This document shows positions 34,523-43,816 of a DNA stretch of 64,000 nt, in pieces; within the stretch, counting starts at the first letter, position 1, and the number at the start of each line of letters is the position of its first letter. The notes below the pieces were generated by a model, which worked only from the letters and a program-made list of their open reading frames with translations, was not told the DNA's origin and did no database searches. A program made the position numbers and the translations under genes. Source of the stretch: Chloroflexota bacterium (lineage in GTDB: Bacteria; Chloroflexota; UBA6077; FW602-bin22; JAMCVK01); NCBI GenBank assembly GCA_023475225.1, contig JAMCVK010000036.1, positions 26,164 to 90,163 of the forward strand. Reading direction: 5' to 3'.

Positions 34523-34541
34523 GGAGGCTTGGCTTAGCACC

Positions 34542-36257
34542 ATGCTGCACAGACGTATTCCAGTGCACTTGACAGGCTCGGTGATGATTGCCTTATTCGT
34601 AACCCTCGTCTCAGGTTTATTCTCAGCGAGCACGGACGTTGTGCATGCTGACGGCCCATTCAAAGCCGAAATTTTCCGCATATCTGGACCTCCGGGGGAA
34701 AAACTGAATCCCGCGATTCATGATGGTCTAGTTGTTTGGCAGGACAAGCGGGGAGGAGATTGGGATATTTACGGATTTGATCTGCAAGGGAATCGAGAGT
34801 TCGTTATTTCCTCCGCCGTTGGCGACCAAGTTGCACCAAGGATTTTCAGGCCCTGGGTCGTCTGGGCTGATAACCGTAATGGCAACTGGGATATATATGC
34901 CTTCAACCTGGACTCCAGAGAAGAATTGCGGCTCACCACCGACCCCTCTCATCAAGAGATGCCGTCCATTTGGGGAACCACAGTAATTTGGCGAGACAAG
35001 CGCAACTGGGTAAACGATTACGAAGGCTCGTATGATCTCTATGGGTATGACCTCGTTTCCCGTCGCGAGTTCCCAGTCGTTGTGACCCCGATCACCGACG
35101 AAACCGCGCCCCAGATCTGGGGTCGTCGCGTCGCCTACCGAGCAGCAGGGTTGCACGGCATCAAGTTCAACGTAATAGGCGTGGTTAGCGTCTACCATCT
35201 GGATCAAAAGAGTGCTGTAGAGCTCAAGCCCCCGGAGCCAATGCCTTCCTACGGCTTTTCACTGTCCGGGGACCGAATTGCCTGGGTCAAGGGTTTCCCT
35301 CCCCCTGGGGCACTACTCTGCTGCCGTCCTGAGATGTACGTTACCAATCTGGCAACAGGAGAGGATGTTAACCTTGTGGAACCTTTTCTTCCAACTGATC
35401 CCCACATGGATGGCTCGCTGCTAGTATGGTCAGTTTTTCAAGGGTCAGAGCAGGATGGCATTTGGCTCTACGATACTGAATCCCGCATCAGATCCTATCT
35501 CATTCGGGATAGAGTAATCGCCGCTAGTCTTAGCGGCAATGTCGTTATTTGGTTGGACACTCTGGATGTGGCCAAAGGCCGTTATAGGGGCCTGTCCGGC
35601 GCGCGCATTGTGCGACAGCTAGACTGGCAGGTTCCCAACGGCCACTTCTACACTCAGGCCCGGGGCGAGGCCCCCGCTGGCACAGGCTACGCCGTCACCA
35701 ATGACCCCCAGGCCCTCTTCTGGGCTGAGTTGCAGCGCCTAGGCGGGGTGCCAGCCCTGGGCTATCCTGCCTCAAGGCGCTTCATCTGGGATGGCTTCAC
35801 CAGCCAGGTGATGCAAAAACAGGTCTTCCAGTGGCGACCAGAGGTAGAAAAGGTCTACTTCGTCAACGTCTTCGATGAGCTCTCCAAAGCGGGCAAGGAC
35901 GACTGGCTATTGGCCTATCGTCAGGTGCCCAAGTCTTTCGACTGGTCAGCCGATGCCGGACTTCCCTGGAGTGAGATCGTGCAGCGCCACCTGAAGCTCC
36001 TGGATAGCAACCCGGCCATCAAGGCCCGCTACTTGGCCGATCCTGACCCCATCGCCCACTTCGGTTTGCCCATGGCCTATGGGGAGTACGAGAACGTCTT
36101 CGTATTGCGTGGTCAACGGGCCGTGTTGCAGCAGTGGCGAGTGGATACTCCCTGGGCGAAAGCTGGGCAGGTGACGGTGGCCAATGGGGGAGACATCCTC
36201 AAGGAGACTGGACTTATCCCCAGGGAGGCGATAGTGCCTGAGAGTCCGCCCCAGTAG
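34542..36257 (+). CDS. Cassette B gene 4: secreted beta-propeller-repeat protein with a conserved C-terminal module
   Basis: 571 aa. Signal peptide MIALFVTLVSGLFSASTDVVHA. Blades include VVWQDKRGGDWDIYGFDL, VVWADNRNGNWDIYAFNL and VIWRDKRN...YDLYGYDL. The C-terminal ~170 aa are nearly identical to the A allele. Confidence 0.75.
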   Translation: MLHRRIPVHLTGSVMIALFVTLVSGLFSASTDVVHADGPFKAEIFRISGPPGEKLNPAIHDGLVVWQDKRGGDWDIYGFDLQGNREFVISSAVGDQVAPRIFRPWVVWADNRNGNWDIYAFNLDSREELRLTTDPSHQEMPSIWGTTVIWRDKRNWVNDYEGSYDLYGYDLVSRREFPVVVTPITDETAPQIWGRRVAYRAAGLHGIKFNVIGVVSVYHLDQKSAVELKPPEPMPSYGFSLSGDRIAWVKGFPPPGALLCCRPEMYVTNLATGEDVNLVEPFLPTDPHMDGSLLVWSVFQGSEQDGIWLYDTESRIRSYLIRDRVIAASLSGNVVIWLDTLDVAKGRYRGLSGARIVRQLDWQVPNGHFYTQARGEAPAGTGYAVTNDPQALFWAELQRLGGVPALGYPASRRFIWDGFTSQVMQKQVFQWRPEVEKVYFVNVFDELSKAGKDDWLLAYRQVPKSFDWSADAGLPWSEIVQRHLKLLDSNPAIKARYLADPDPIAHFGLPMAYGEYENVFVLRGQRAVLQQWRVDTPWAKAGQVTVANGGDILKETGLIPREAIVPESPPQ

Positions 36258-36297
36258 GTAGGCCCTCGCTCTTCGTTTTGGGGATCCCCCTCCAGCG

Positions 36298-37248
36298 CTA
36301 TCGGCATCTCAGCAGTCTCTGTATGGCTATCCTGATGGCCTCTTCGGAGGTCAGGTGGGCCTTCCAGCCCAGGCGGTTGATCCTGCTGACATCCAGGAGC
36401 ATCAGGGGCACATCGCCTGGCCAGCCGCGATCGCCACCACTGTACCTCAGGGCGACGTTGCGATAGCCTCCCTCCTCAAGGAGTATCTGGACGATGCGGT
36501 CGACGGTGAGGCTATCCTGGCTACCCAGGTTGAAGACGTTCAATCCCTCCCCACAGTGCTGAATGGCGTAGAACATGCCCTCAACACACTCATCAACTAG
36601 TAGATAGGACTTCTTCTGCTTCCCATCACCCAGAATCTCCAGGTTGTAGGGGTCCATTTTCAGCTTAGCGAGGAGGTCCACGATGAGACCATGCGTTTGG
36701 CGGGGACCGACGATATTAGCGAAGCGGAAGATCCAGACCGATGTCTGGAAGAGATGGCTATAGGCGGCGATCAATCCCTCGCAGGCCAGCTTGCTGGCGC
36801 CATACAGGGAGATGGGCAGCAAGGGCCCATAATCCTCGGGGGTAGGGATGACTGTCGGCTGCCCGTAAATTACAGAACTGGAGGAGAAGGCCATGGCCCC
36901 AACGCCATTTTCGCGCATCGCCTCCAGGACGTTATAGGTGGCGATGGTGCCCTGTTGTAGATCTACGTCGGTGCGTGTGGCGACGAACTTTATATCTGGG
37001 TTAGCGGCCATATGAAAGACGAAGTCGTGTCCCTTCATCGCTGCCTTGAGTTGCTCCAGGTCCATCAGGTCGGCCTGCACGAAACGGAAGTTAGGCTTGG
37101 TCCAGTGCTGTTGAAGGAGCCCCTTGTGGCCGGATCTCAGGTTGTCGTAAACGGTTACCTGTGCGGCTCCCTCCTGAAACAGCCTGTCCACGATGTTGCT
37201 GCCGATGAAGCCGGCTCCCCCTGTGACAAATACCCTGCGTCCCAACAT
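36298..37248 (-). CDS. NAD-dependent sugar-nucleotide epimerase/dehydratase
   Basis: 316 aa. Contains VFVTGGAGFIGSNIV and the catalytic YGASKLACE (Y-x3-K). Confidence 0.85.
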   Translation of the reverse strand: MLGRRVFVTGGAGFIGSNIVDRLFQEGAAQVTVYDNLRSGHKGLLQQHWTKPNFRFVQADLMDLEQLKAAMKGHDFVFHMAANPDIKFVATRTDVDLQQGTIATYNVLEAMRENGVGAMAFSSSSVIYGQPTVIPTPEDYGPLLPISLYGASKLACEGLIAAYSHLFQTSVWIFRFANIVGPRQTHGLIVDLLAKLKMDPYNLEILGDGKQKKSYLLVDECVEGMFYAIQHCGEGLNVFNLGSQDSLTVDRIVQILLEEGGYRNVALRYSGGDRGWPGDVPLMLLDVSRINRLGWKAHLTSEEAIRIAIQRLLRCR

Positions 37249-37251
37249 AGG

Positions 37252-38256
37252 CTATTGTCTCCAATCGTCTCTATTTTGCCGGCTTGTGCTGAATACAGCC
37301 TGAAGGCTGCCCACCGTGTAAATGCCCAGGGTGAGCCAGCAGGCGAGCGGATGGAAGAACCAGGCTGGATCCGGCTTCCTGGTATAGCCGACGACGCTCT
37401 GTCCGACAAGGGGAAGGACAAGCAGGCAATAGAGGATAAACTTAAGGATGCCCTTTCTGCTTACCTGATCCCAACGGTAGCGCCGTAACCCTTGTCGGCT
37501 ATAGTACAGATAGTCCCTCAGGCGTCGTCTCTGTTTCCGTATGAACGTGGCTATGTCCTCACTGAAGAGGTGAACGATGCCCACCTTGACTTTAGCAAAC
37601 TTATTTATCTGGCGTGCGGTCAGCTCCTGGATTAGGTCAACATCGAACAGGTAGTCCTGCACCGCACATCTCTGCAAGAGCTCTCGACGAATCAGGAAGC
37701 CATTGGCTCCCATGGTGGGCAGGGGTTGTCTGTCTAAGGTGACCTTCAGATAGTCTCCTTTGTCCTCGCTATACACAGGTGCCTGTGTCCACCTCTGAGT
37801 GAGGGTGCTATAGCGGTCATAGTTACCTAAAAATAGACAGAGCGGATCGTTCATACCCAGCAAGGCCCAATAGCGATTGAGACAACGATCCTGCCGTCGA
37901 TAGGTGTATTCTAACGGCTCTGCCCCAGCGATCTCGGCGTCAGCAAAGGGGACAGTCATCCTGGCCAGCCAATCGCTACAGGGCAGGACGTTGTCTGAGT
38001 CAATCAGGGCGATGATTTCGTGTGAGGCGTGCTTAAGCCCCAACGCCTTGCCCGCCTCAGCGGTCTGTAGTTCATTCCGGTAAATCTTATCCGTGTAACA
38101 CCTGACGATCTCCAGCGTCCTATCGGTGGAAGCAGCATCGGCGATGATGATCTCTATCTTGTCCGCCGGGTAATCCTGTCCTTTGATGGAGTCGAGACAC
38201 TGGGACAAGACCTTTTCGGCGTTAAGAGTGGGGATGATGATGGAGACAGATCTCAT
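37252..38256 (-). CDS. GT2-family glycosyltransferase
   Basis: 334 aa. Contains VSIIIPTLNAEKVLSQCLDSIKGQDYP and ...IDSDN (DxD-like). Confidence 0.85.
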   Translation of the reverse strand: MRSVSIIIPTLNAEKVLSQCLDSIKGQDYPADKIEIIIADAASTDRTLEIVRCYTDKIYRNELQTAEAGKALGLKHASHEIIALIDSDNVLPCSDWLARMTVPFADAEIAGAEPLEYTYRRQDRCLNRYWALLGMNDPLCLFLGNYDRYSTLTQRWTQAPVYSEDKGDYLKVTLDRQPLPTMGANGFLIRRELLQRCAVQDYLFDVDLIQELTARQINKFAKVKVGIVHLFSEDIATFIRKQRRRLRDYLYYSRQGLRRYRWDQVSRKGILKFILYCLLVLPLVGQSVVGYTRKPDPAWFFHPLACWLTLGIYTVGSLQAVFSTSRQNRDDWRQ

Positions 38257-39701
38257 CGATATAGCCGCCCGAAATCTCGCAGGTGTCCCAGCACGGCCAG
38301 ACCGGCTCGCCAGAAGAAACCGATATCTGCTGGGCTACGGATGGAGAGGGCCTTTCGCCATATAAATTGCGGCGTTAGAAATGAGCGATAGAGGCCCCTT
38401 ACTAGGGCCAGTAGCTCCGGGTCAGGTATCGGCGAGCGCAACACAGGCTTAGACATATCATAGCGTTCCCAATCAGCGAAGCGCAGCCAATCATTTTCTT
38501 GCGCTTCGGCGAACAGGACTGTCCCGGGATAAGGGATGACCAACGTCGCCTGGAGCATATCAGCGTAGCCGGCCGTCAACATCTCCCTGGCCAGATCGAG
38601 CGTGCGCTGAGCATCCTCCCGGCTCTCCCAGGGATAGCCTACCATCGTCGTCAGATGTACCTCTAAACCGGCTTGCTTGGCCATCTTACAAGACTCAATG
38701 ATCTGGGGCACTGTTGTGCCCTTGCGGAGGCGATTCAAAGTGTCCTGGCTGGCCGATTCCAGCCCGAATTTTAAGACACGGAACCCAGCCTGCCCCATCA
38801 GGTCATACTGGGCTTGAGACAATACGCCCATCCTCATGTTGACGGAGAACTTGATCTGGCGGTTGTAGCCCTGTTCGATCATTCCCTGACAGAAGGTTTT
38901 GAGCCAACCACCGGCGGGGAAGGTACCTGTGTCGTCGAAGATCTCTTTAACACCGTATCTTTCAATCAGGAACTCGATCTCGGTGAGCAATGACGCTGGG
39001 TGGCGGACGCGGAAGCGAGGGTAGAGCGTGGTCCAGGCGCAGAAGGTACAGCGTCCGTAGGGGCAATCACGTCCGGCCATGGTATAGGTGGCTGGGCGTT
39101 TCTTAAACAGATGTTCACCATACAGGGTCCATCTGGTCAGGTCGCGGTCTATAAGAGGCAGGCTGTCCAGATCACGGTTCAGCACGAAGGGACCGCTGTT
39201 CTTGATCGCCTCTCCCTCTCTATACCAGAGCCCTCTAGGTGGAGACTCGCCATCACGGAGGTGCCTGGCCAGGGAGAGCAGGGAGAAATCGTAATCTCCG
39301 CCGGTGAGCACATAGTCAACCAGGGAATTTTCCAGCGACTCGCCGGGGAGAGCGGTGACGTGATCCCCCATCAGCACAATCTGCGTGGCTGGATTGATCT
39401 CCTTCAGAGTGGTGATGATCTCCCAGTGCTGTTTGATAACGGGGGTCTTTGTTTCGATGGCCATCAGGTCGGGCTTCTCTGTGCTGAAGAAGTGGAGGAA
39501 TTGGGCGTAGGACCAACCCTCAGCAAGAGCATCGTTCCAGATAACGTCGAAGCCGTTCGCCTGCAAAAGAGTAGCGGCCCAAGCCGGCACCAGTGGGTAG
39601 ATGAACGACGGGTGGGAGAAGTACTGGAACTGCCTATTCTGTCCCAGCGTTGGATGGCCCTTGGCCTTCGGCAGGGGGGGGTAGCTTATAGCAACCTTCA
39701 T
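38253..39701 (-). CDS. B12-binding-domain radical SAM enzyme with CX4CX2C spacing
   Basis: 482 aa. Has an N-terminal B12-binding-like domain (IVLMGDHVTALP). The cluster motif is AGRDCPYGRCTFCAW (C213, C218, C221). Confidence 0.8.
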   Translation of the reverse strand: MKVAISYPPLPKAKGHPTLGQNRQFQYFSHPSFIYPLVPAWAATLLQANGFDVIWNDALAEGWSYAQFLHFFSTEKPDLMAIETKTPVIKQHWEIITTLKEINPATQIVLMGDHVTALPGESLENSLVDYVLTGGDYDFSLLSLARHLRDGESPPRGLWYREGEAIKNSGPFVLNRDLDSLPLIDRDLTRWTLYGEHLFKKRPATYTMAGRDCPYGRCTFCAWTTLYPRFRVRHPASLLTEIEFLIERYGVKEIFDDTGTFPAGGWLKTFCQGMIEQGYNRQIKFSVNMRMGVLSQAQYDLMGQAGFRVLKFGLESASQDTLNRLRKGTTVPQIIESCKMAKQAGLEVHLTTMVGYPWESREDAQRTLDLAREMLTAGYADMLQATLVIPYPGTVLFAEAQENDWLRFADWERYDMSKPVLRSPIPDPELLALVRGLYRSFLTPQFIWRKALSIRSPADIGFFWRAGLAVLGHLRDFGRLYR

Positions 39702-41467
39702 TCCCCCATCCTCTCTTCCTTAAGCCACCTGGATAGGAGCCCCCTGGCGAAGTTGATCCCGTAGAGGATATGGGTAATGATGATGCCGCTGGCGACGGCC
39801 AGAGCAAGCCTGGGATCTCTCGTGCTGAGCCCGATGGCTAAACCGTTGATGACGATAACGGCCAGGTAGATGGCTAGAGATCCCAGATAGATGGCTTTGA
39901 GTGTAGGACTAAACAGGGCTAGGAACAGGCCGACGACCAACCCCAGATCAAACAGGGTGGGTATAAAGTAGAGCAATTTACGGGAGGTTTGGGGGAAGCG
40001 ACGGGCAAAGTAGCCACGATGCAGCGAGTAGCTCAGAATCTGGCGCAGGTGCGGGGCGAAAAGGGCGCGCCGATGGTGCCAGACGACGACCTCTGGGGCA
40101 TAGACAATCCGCTTACCCAGCTCTTTAGTGATGGTCAGACAGAGCTTGGTATCCTCGCCAGGCCAGAATCTGGTGTTGAAGCCTCCGGCGGCCAGGAAGA
40201 CATCCTTGCGTACCAGTAGATTGCAGGTAGGGAAGTCGTCGACATCCTTACGCTTCTTAGGTATGTATCTGAAGGCCAGGTTGCCGCCGCATAGTGGTGA
40301 GGAGTAGACCAGGCCGCTGGCCTTTTGCATCAGTCCGTCATCCGGTGGGGTGATGGCTGGTCCTCCAACAGCGCCCACGGTTTCATCGCGGAAGTATTTA
40401 ATGGCATTCCGTAGGTACATCTTATCTGGGAAGGTATCGTCGTCGAGATAGGCGATGATCTCCCCTTTGGCGTGGGCTGTAGCCAGGTCTCGCTTCTGGC
40501 CAGGGGGTAACGGGCCCGTGGGGATGACTGTTACCTTTTCCCCCTTTGTCTCAAAGGGGTAGTCGGGCACGATCAGGATCTCAAAGTCTGGGTAATCCAG
40601 TTGTGCGCAGTAGGCCAGGCACTTGTCCAAATAGGGATTAGGTTCCTTGGCGGCAATAACGATGGAGACGGGTGGGGTGGTGGTGAGGGGTGTGAGCTGG
40701 TTGCTGGATGGGGGAAGTGGTCTCACGATCGGTCTATCGTAGTAACCCAGGATGTAGGTGCGATAGAAAATAGCCATGGTATCCATCAGGATGTTACGGA
40801 TATCTCGCCAGTGCAGGCGACTGAAGGGGCGTTGAAAGGTGAGTGTGATCGGTGCCTCGGTGATCCGGTAGCCGAGGCGGTGAGCATTGACCAGCAGCTC
40901 GAGGTCCAGGGCGTAATTCTTCACCAGCAGACGAGGGAGAACCTGTTCGAGTACCCTTCGGCTGAATAGCTTTATACCGGTTTGCGTATCCTTTACGGGG
41001 AGGCCGCAGAGCATACGGATCAGGATATAGTAAATATCGCTCATCACCTTTCTGTGCCAGGGATAGTTGAGTCTTGACTCTGGGTGTCTTTTAGAGCCGA
41101 CGACGACCTCCGCCCTGGAGCGGCGCATCGCCTCGTACAGCGTTTGAATCTGCTCCGGTGGCAGGTCAAGGTCGGCATCCAGGAAGACGATCAAGTCCCC
41201 TGTAGCGTATTGAAAGCCGTACTTTAGAGCATGTCCCTTGCCCACGTTTATATCATAGTGCACGATCTTCAACCTATTCGCCGCCAGGCGGGCCTTATCG
41301 GCCCTTTGGCGGGTAGCATCGCTGCTGCCATCGTCGACGACGATGATCTCATAATCATAGCCGATCGTTTCTAGGAACTGGCTGGCTGTTTCGATGCTGT
41401 TGAGGATGTAATCCTCCTCATTGTAGGCCGGCATGATGATCGAAAATTTCTCTTTGGGGGTGGTCAT
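39698..41467 (-). CDS. Tandem GT2 glycosyltransferase: two GT-A domains plus a C-terminal TM region
   Basis: 589 aa. First domain: FSIIMPAYNEEDYI ... FLDADLD. Second domain: VSIVIAAKEPNPYLDKCL ... YLDDD. The C-terminus is hydrophobic. Confidence 0.85.
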   Translation of the reverse strand: MTTPKEKFSIIMPAYNEEDYILNSIETASQFLETIGYDYEIIVVDDGSSDATRQRADKARLAANRLKIVHYDINVGKGHALKYGFQYATGDLIVFLDADLDLPPEQIQTLYEAMRRSRAEVVVGSKRHPESRLNYPWHRKVMSDIYYILIRMLCGLPVKDTQTGIKLFSRRVLEQVLPRLLVKNYALDLELLVNAHRLGYRITEAPITLTFQRPFSRLHWRDIRNILMDTMAIFYRTYILGYYDRPIVRPLPPSSNQLTPLTTTPPVSIVIAAKEPNPYLDKCLAYCAQLDYPDFEILIVPDYPFETKGEKVTVIPTGPLPPGQKRDLATAHAKGEIIAYLDDDTFPDKMYLRNAIKYFRDETVGAVGGPAITPPDDGLMQKASGLVYSSPLCGGNLAFRYIPKKRKDVDDFPTCNLLVRKDVFLAAGGFNTRFWPGEDTKLCLTITKELGKRIVYAPEVVVWHHRRALFAPHLRQILSYSLHRGYFARRFPQTSRKLLYFIPTLFDLGLVVGLFLALFSPTLKAIYLGSLAIYLAVIVINGLAIGLSTRDPRLALAVASGIIITHILYGINFARGLLSRWLKEERMGE

Positions 41468-42778
41468 CTAGATTCTCCGGGGGGCGCCAGTGAGGGTGTG
41501 AAAGAAGTACTCACTTAAGATGCAGATGGCTAGTCCACCCAAGGCCACGATGCTGATAACTTGAATCGGGCTCTGATGGAAAACCAGCAAGAGCACTGCC
41601 TCTCCTATGGTGCAGGTGACTAGCAGGACGAGAAAGCCCTGGTTGTGGATGGACAGGTGATAGTAGATGAGAATGTGCACCAGGGCGAGGAAGGCCATGG
41701 CCAGGCCGAAGGCGCCGATCAATTGGGCCGTAGGGGCATAGCTGCCACCGAAGAGGATATTGACGATCAGGGAAGGGGAAAGCCAGTAGAGCAAGGTGAG
41801 AAAGAGGGATATGCTGCCTACTATCAAGACGCTTTTGCGTAGCACACCGGAAGGGTCCTGATTAATGGCATAGCGCTGCGCTGACTTGGGGAAGGCGACG
41901 ATGGCCACGGCAGCAGGCAGGTAAAGGATGATCTTGCCCACCAGAGAGGCAGCACCATAGTAGCCTGCTTCTTCCGGGCTGAAGAAACGTTTTACGACTA
42001 CGATGTCAATGTTGGTGAGGATGGTGAAGCAGAGCAGACCCACCAGTACGGCGCCGAAATAACCCCGAATGTCTGCTACATCGATCTCCTCGTGTCCATC
42101 CGGCTGAAGGAGAAGGGAACGCAAAGGGATAAGGCTAAGGGCGAGAGCCAATGTCCCGGACACAAGGGAAGCGCCGAGGGCCCCACCAGGGCCAAGCCCG
42201 AAGTAAACGAGGAAGACGCCGGCTATCAGGCGTATAAAGGCATCGGCGATGATGTTGCCCCCCAGGTGAAAAAACTGTTGTTGTCCTTGCAATACCCCCC
42301 TGGTTAAAGGTAGCAGGGCTGTCAAAAGTAATAGTCCACCGACCACCATCACCGGTATAGGGGAGGATATATGCAGGAAGGAGGCGATGTAATGGCTGGC
42401 CAGCAGGACGGCTAAGAAGGCTAAGAGCCCATATACGGTACCCAAGCGAAGGGCGCGTCTTAACAGCGAGCCCATTTCGGCGTAGCGGGCCTTGACCTGC
42501 AGGTTGACGACATATTTGGTAAGCACGGTTTGGAGGGGTATAGAGGGTATGGAGAGGATCATAAAGACGGAGAGGAGGGAGATCACTGTTCCGTAATCGA
42601 CCGGTCCGAGCAGCCTGCTGATGATGATATGAAAAACATAGTTGCAGAGGTTGGCCATAGAGGTAGCCAGAAACATCACCATTCCTTGGCTTAGGAGACT
42701 ATCCGAGAATGGTAGGGTGAGCATATCTCGAGTCCGCCTCTCCAGCGTCTTCCCTGTGGCGACTTCTCCGTTTGGCAT
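41468..42778 (-). CDS. Polysaccharide/oligosaccharide flippase (Wzx/MOP superfamily)
   Basis: 436 aa and polytopic throughout. It sits at the head of the glycosyltransferase operon. Confidence 0.7.
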   Translation of the reverse strand: MPNGEVATGKTLERRTRDMLTLPFSDSLLSQGMVMFLATSMANLCNYVFHIIISRLLGPVDYGTVISLLSVFMILSIPSIPLQTVLTKYVVNLQVKARYAEMGSLLRRALRLGTVYGLLAFLAVLLASHYIASFLHISSPIPVMVVGGLLLLTALLPLTRGVLQGQQQFFHLGGNIIADAFIRLIAGVFLVYFGLGPGGALGASLVSGTLALALSLIPLRSLLLQPDGHEEIDVADIRGYFGAVLVGLLCFTILTNIDIVVVKRFFSPEEAGYYGAASLVGKIILYLPAAVAIVAFPKSAQRYAINQDPSGVLRKSVLIVGSISLFLTLLYWLSPSLIVNILFGGSYAPTAQLIGAFGLAMAFLALVHILIYYHLSIHNQGFLVLLVTCTIGEAVLLLVFHQSPIQVISIVALGGLAICILSEYFFHTLTGAPRRI

Positions 42779-42808
42779 AGCTTGCTCTGTATCCTTTGAT
42801 CGGTGTGG

Positions 42809-43744
42809 CTAGATTATAGCATGGGGCAGGAGAGGCTTGTTATTGGAGGGCAATACCCGGGAGTAGCCGTTCTTATAACCTCCGCCTACGAGTCGGCAGA
42901 CAAAGGACATCTCCAGCTCGAGCAGCTCTTGCCTGGCCTGGGCCAGCACCTGTGCTGGGTCGCTGTGGCGGCGATCTACCAGGATGCCGATGACCGTACC
43001 GCTGTGTCCGACGTTGATCCCAATGGCGCCCATCCCATGGGCCAAATTCAATACCGTGTCTAATTGCGGCTTGGGCAGGAGCTGCTGGTTAGCCTGAGCA
43101 CTGATGGTCGCTCCTTGACCAACCAGCTCAGGCCTCCCCTCAGCGATGCCTCGGCGTACTAGCCGCAGCGCTTCAGTCGTCTGGGGTTCCAGCCTTCTCA
43201 GGATTGCTGAGCGGTCACAGTTGTTAAAAGTGATGGTGTCTATCTCACCACCGAAGTCCAGCACGATGATGTCGATAGGTGGAGGAGTACCCAGTTCCTG
43301 GTAGAGCCGTCCCCCTCGATGATCGAAGATGGCCAAATTAGGAAAGACAGAACTATCGGTAGGTTCGATGGCTAAGGCCAGGGCAGCTGCTTGCTGGGGA
43401 CTGATGTATCTCTCCAGAGCGATGGCTGTGGCGTAAATTGTCCCGGCGATATCGGCCGTGCTGGAAGCCATGCCCTTGCCGCGTGGTAGAGGGGAGGAGA
43501 TGGTAAGTCTAGCGCTCAGGTGTGTTCGGCCGAAGTGGGCCAAGGCCAGTCGCAGGGCAGCCGCGGCCTTAGGTGCATCTGCTGGGGTGCTGATACCCCC
43601 TCTATCCTCCCCCAGCTCGACGGTTACCGCCGAGAAGACGTCGATGGGACAGGAGACGAGGAAAGGGGTCCCATTGATGGTGCCTTGCACCAGCTCCCCG
43701 CAGGTGCCTGGCATAAGCACCTTGACGCGACGAAGTCCGTTCAA
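42809..43744 (-). CDS. pduX: GHMP-family L-threonine kinase, PduX-like, for cobalamin lower-linker synthesis
   Basis: 311 aa. Contains MPGTCGELVQGTINGTPFLVSCPID (PduX-type N-terminus) and the GHMP motif PRGKGMASSTADIAG. It lies next to the cob operon that encodes CobD decarboxylase. Confidence 0.7.
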   Translation of the reverse strand: MNGLRRVKVLMPGTCGELVQGTINGTPFLVSCPIDVFSAVTVELGEDRGGISTPADAPKAAAALRLALAHFGRTHLSARLTISSPLPRGKGMASSTADIAGTIYATAIALERYISPQQAAALALAIEPTDSSVFPNLAIFDHRGGRLYQELGTPPPIDIIVLDFGGEIDTITFNNCDRSAILRRLEPQTTEALRLVRRGIAEGRPELVGQGATISAQANQQLLPKPQLDTVLNLAHGMGAIGINVGHSGTVIGILVDRRHSDPAQVLAQARQELLELEMSFVCRLVGGGYKNGYSRVLPSNNKPLLPHAII

Positions 43745-43816
43745 AGTTTACTTCCCTCTGGAGGCAAGCCATGCGATAGATCGTCTTCGGATGTTGTTTC
43801 CTTCATTGATAAGAAT

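Noticed and set aside
20625-36300. Interpretation of the duplicated cassettes as prophage tail-fibre/depolymerase modules
   Set aside because: The window contains no capsid, portal, terminase, tail tube, sheath, baseplate, lysis or integrase genes. The cassettes are flanked by chromosomal glycan genes and carry their own sigma70-like promoter. A phage origin for individual domains remains possible but cannot be shown from this sequence.
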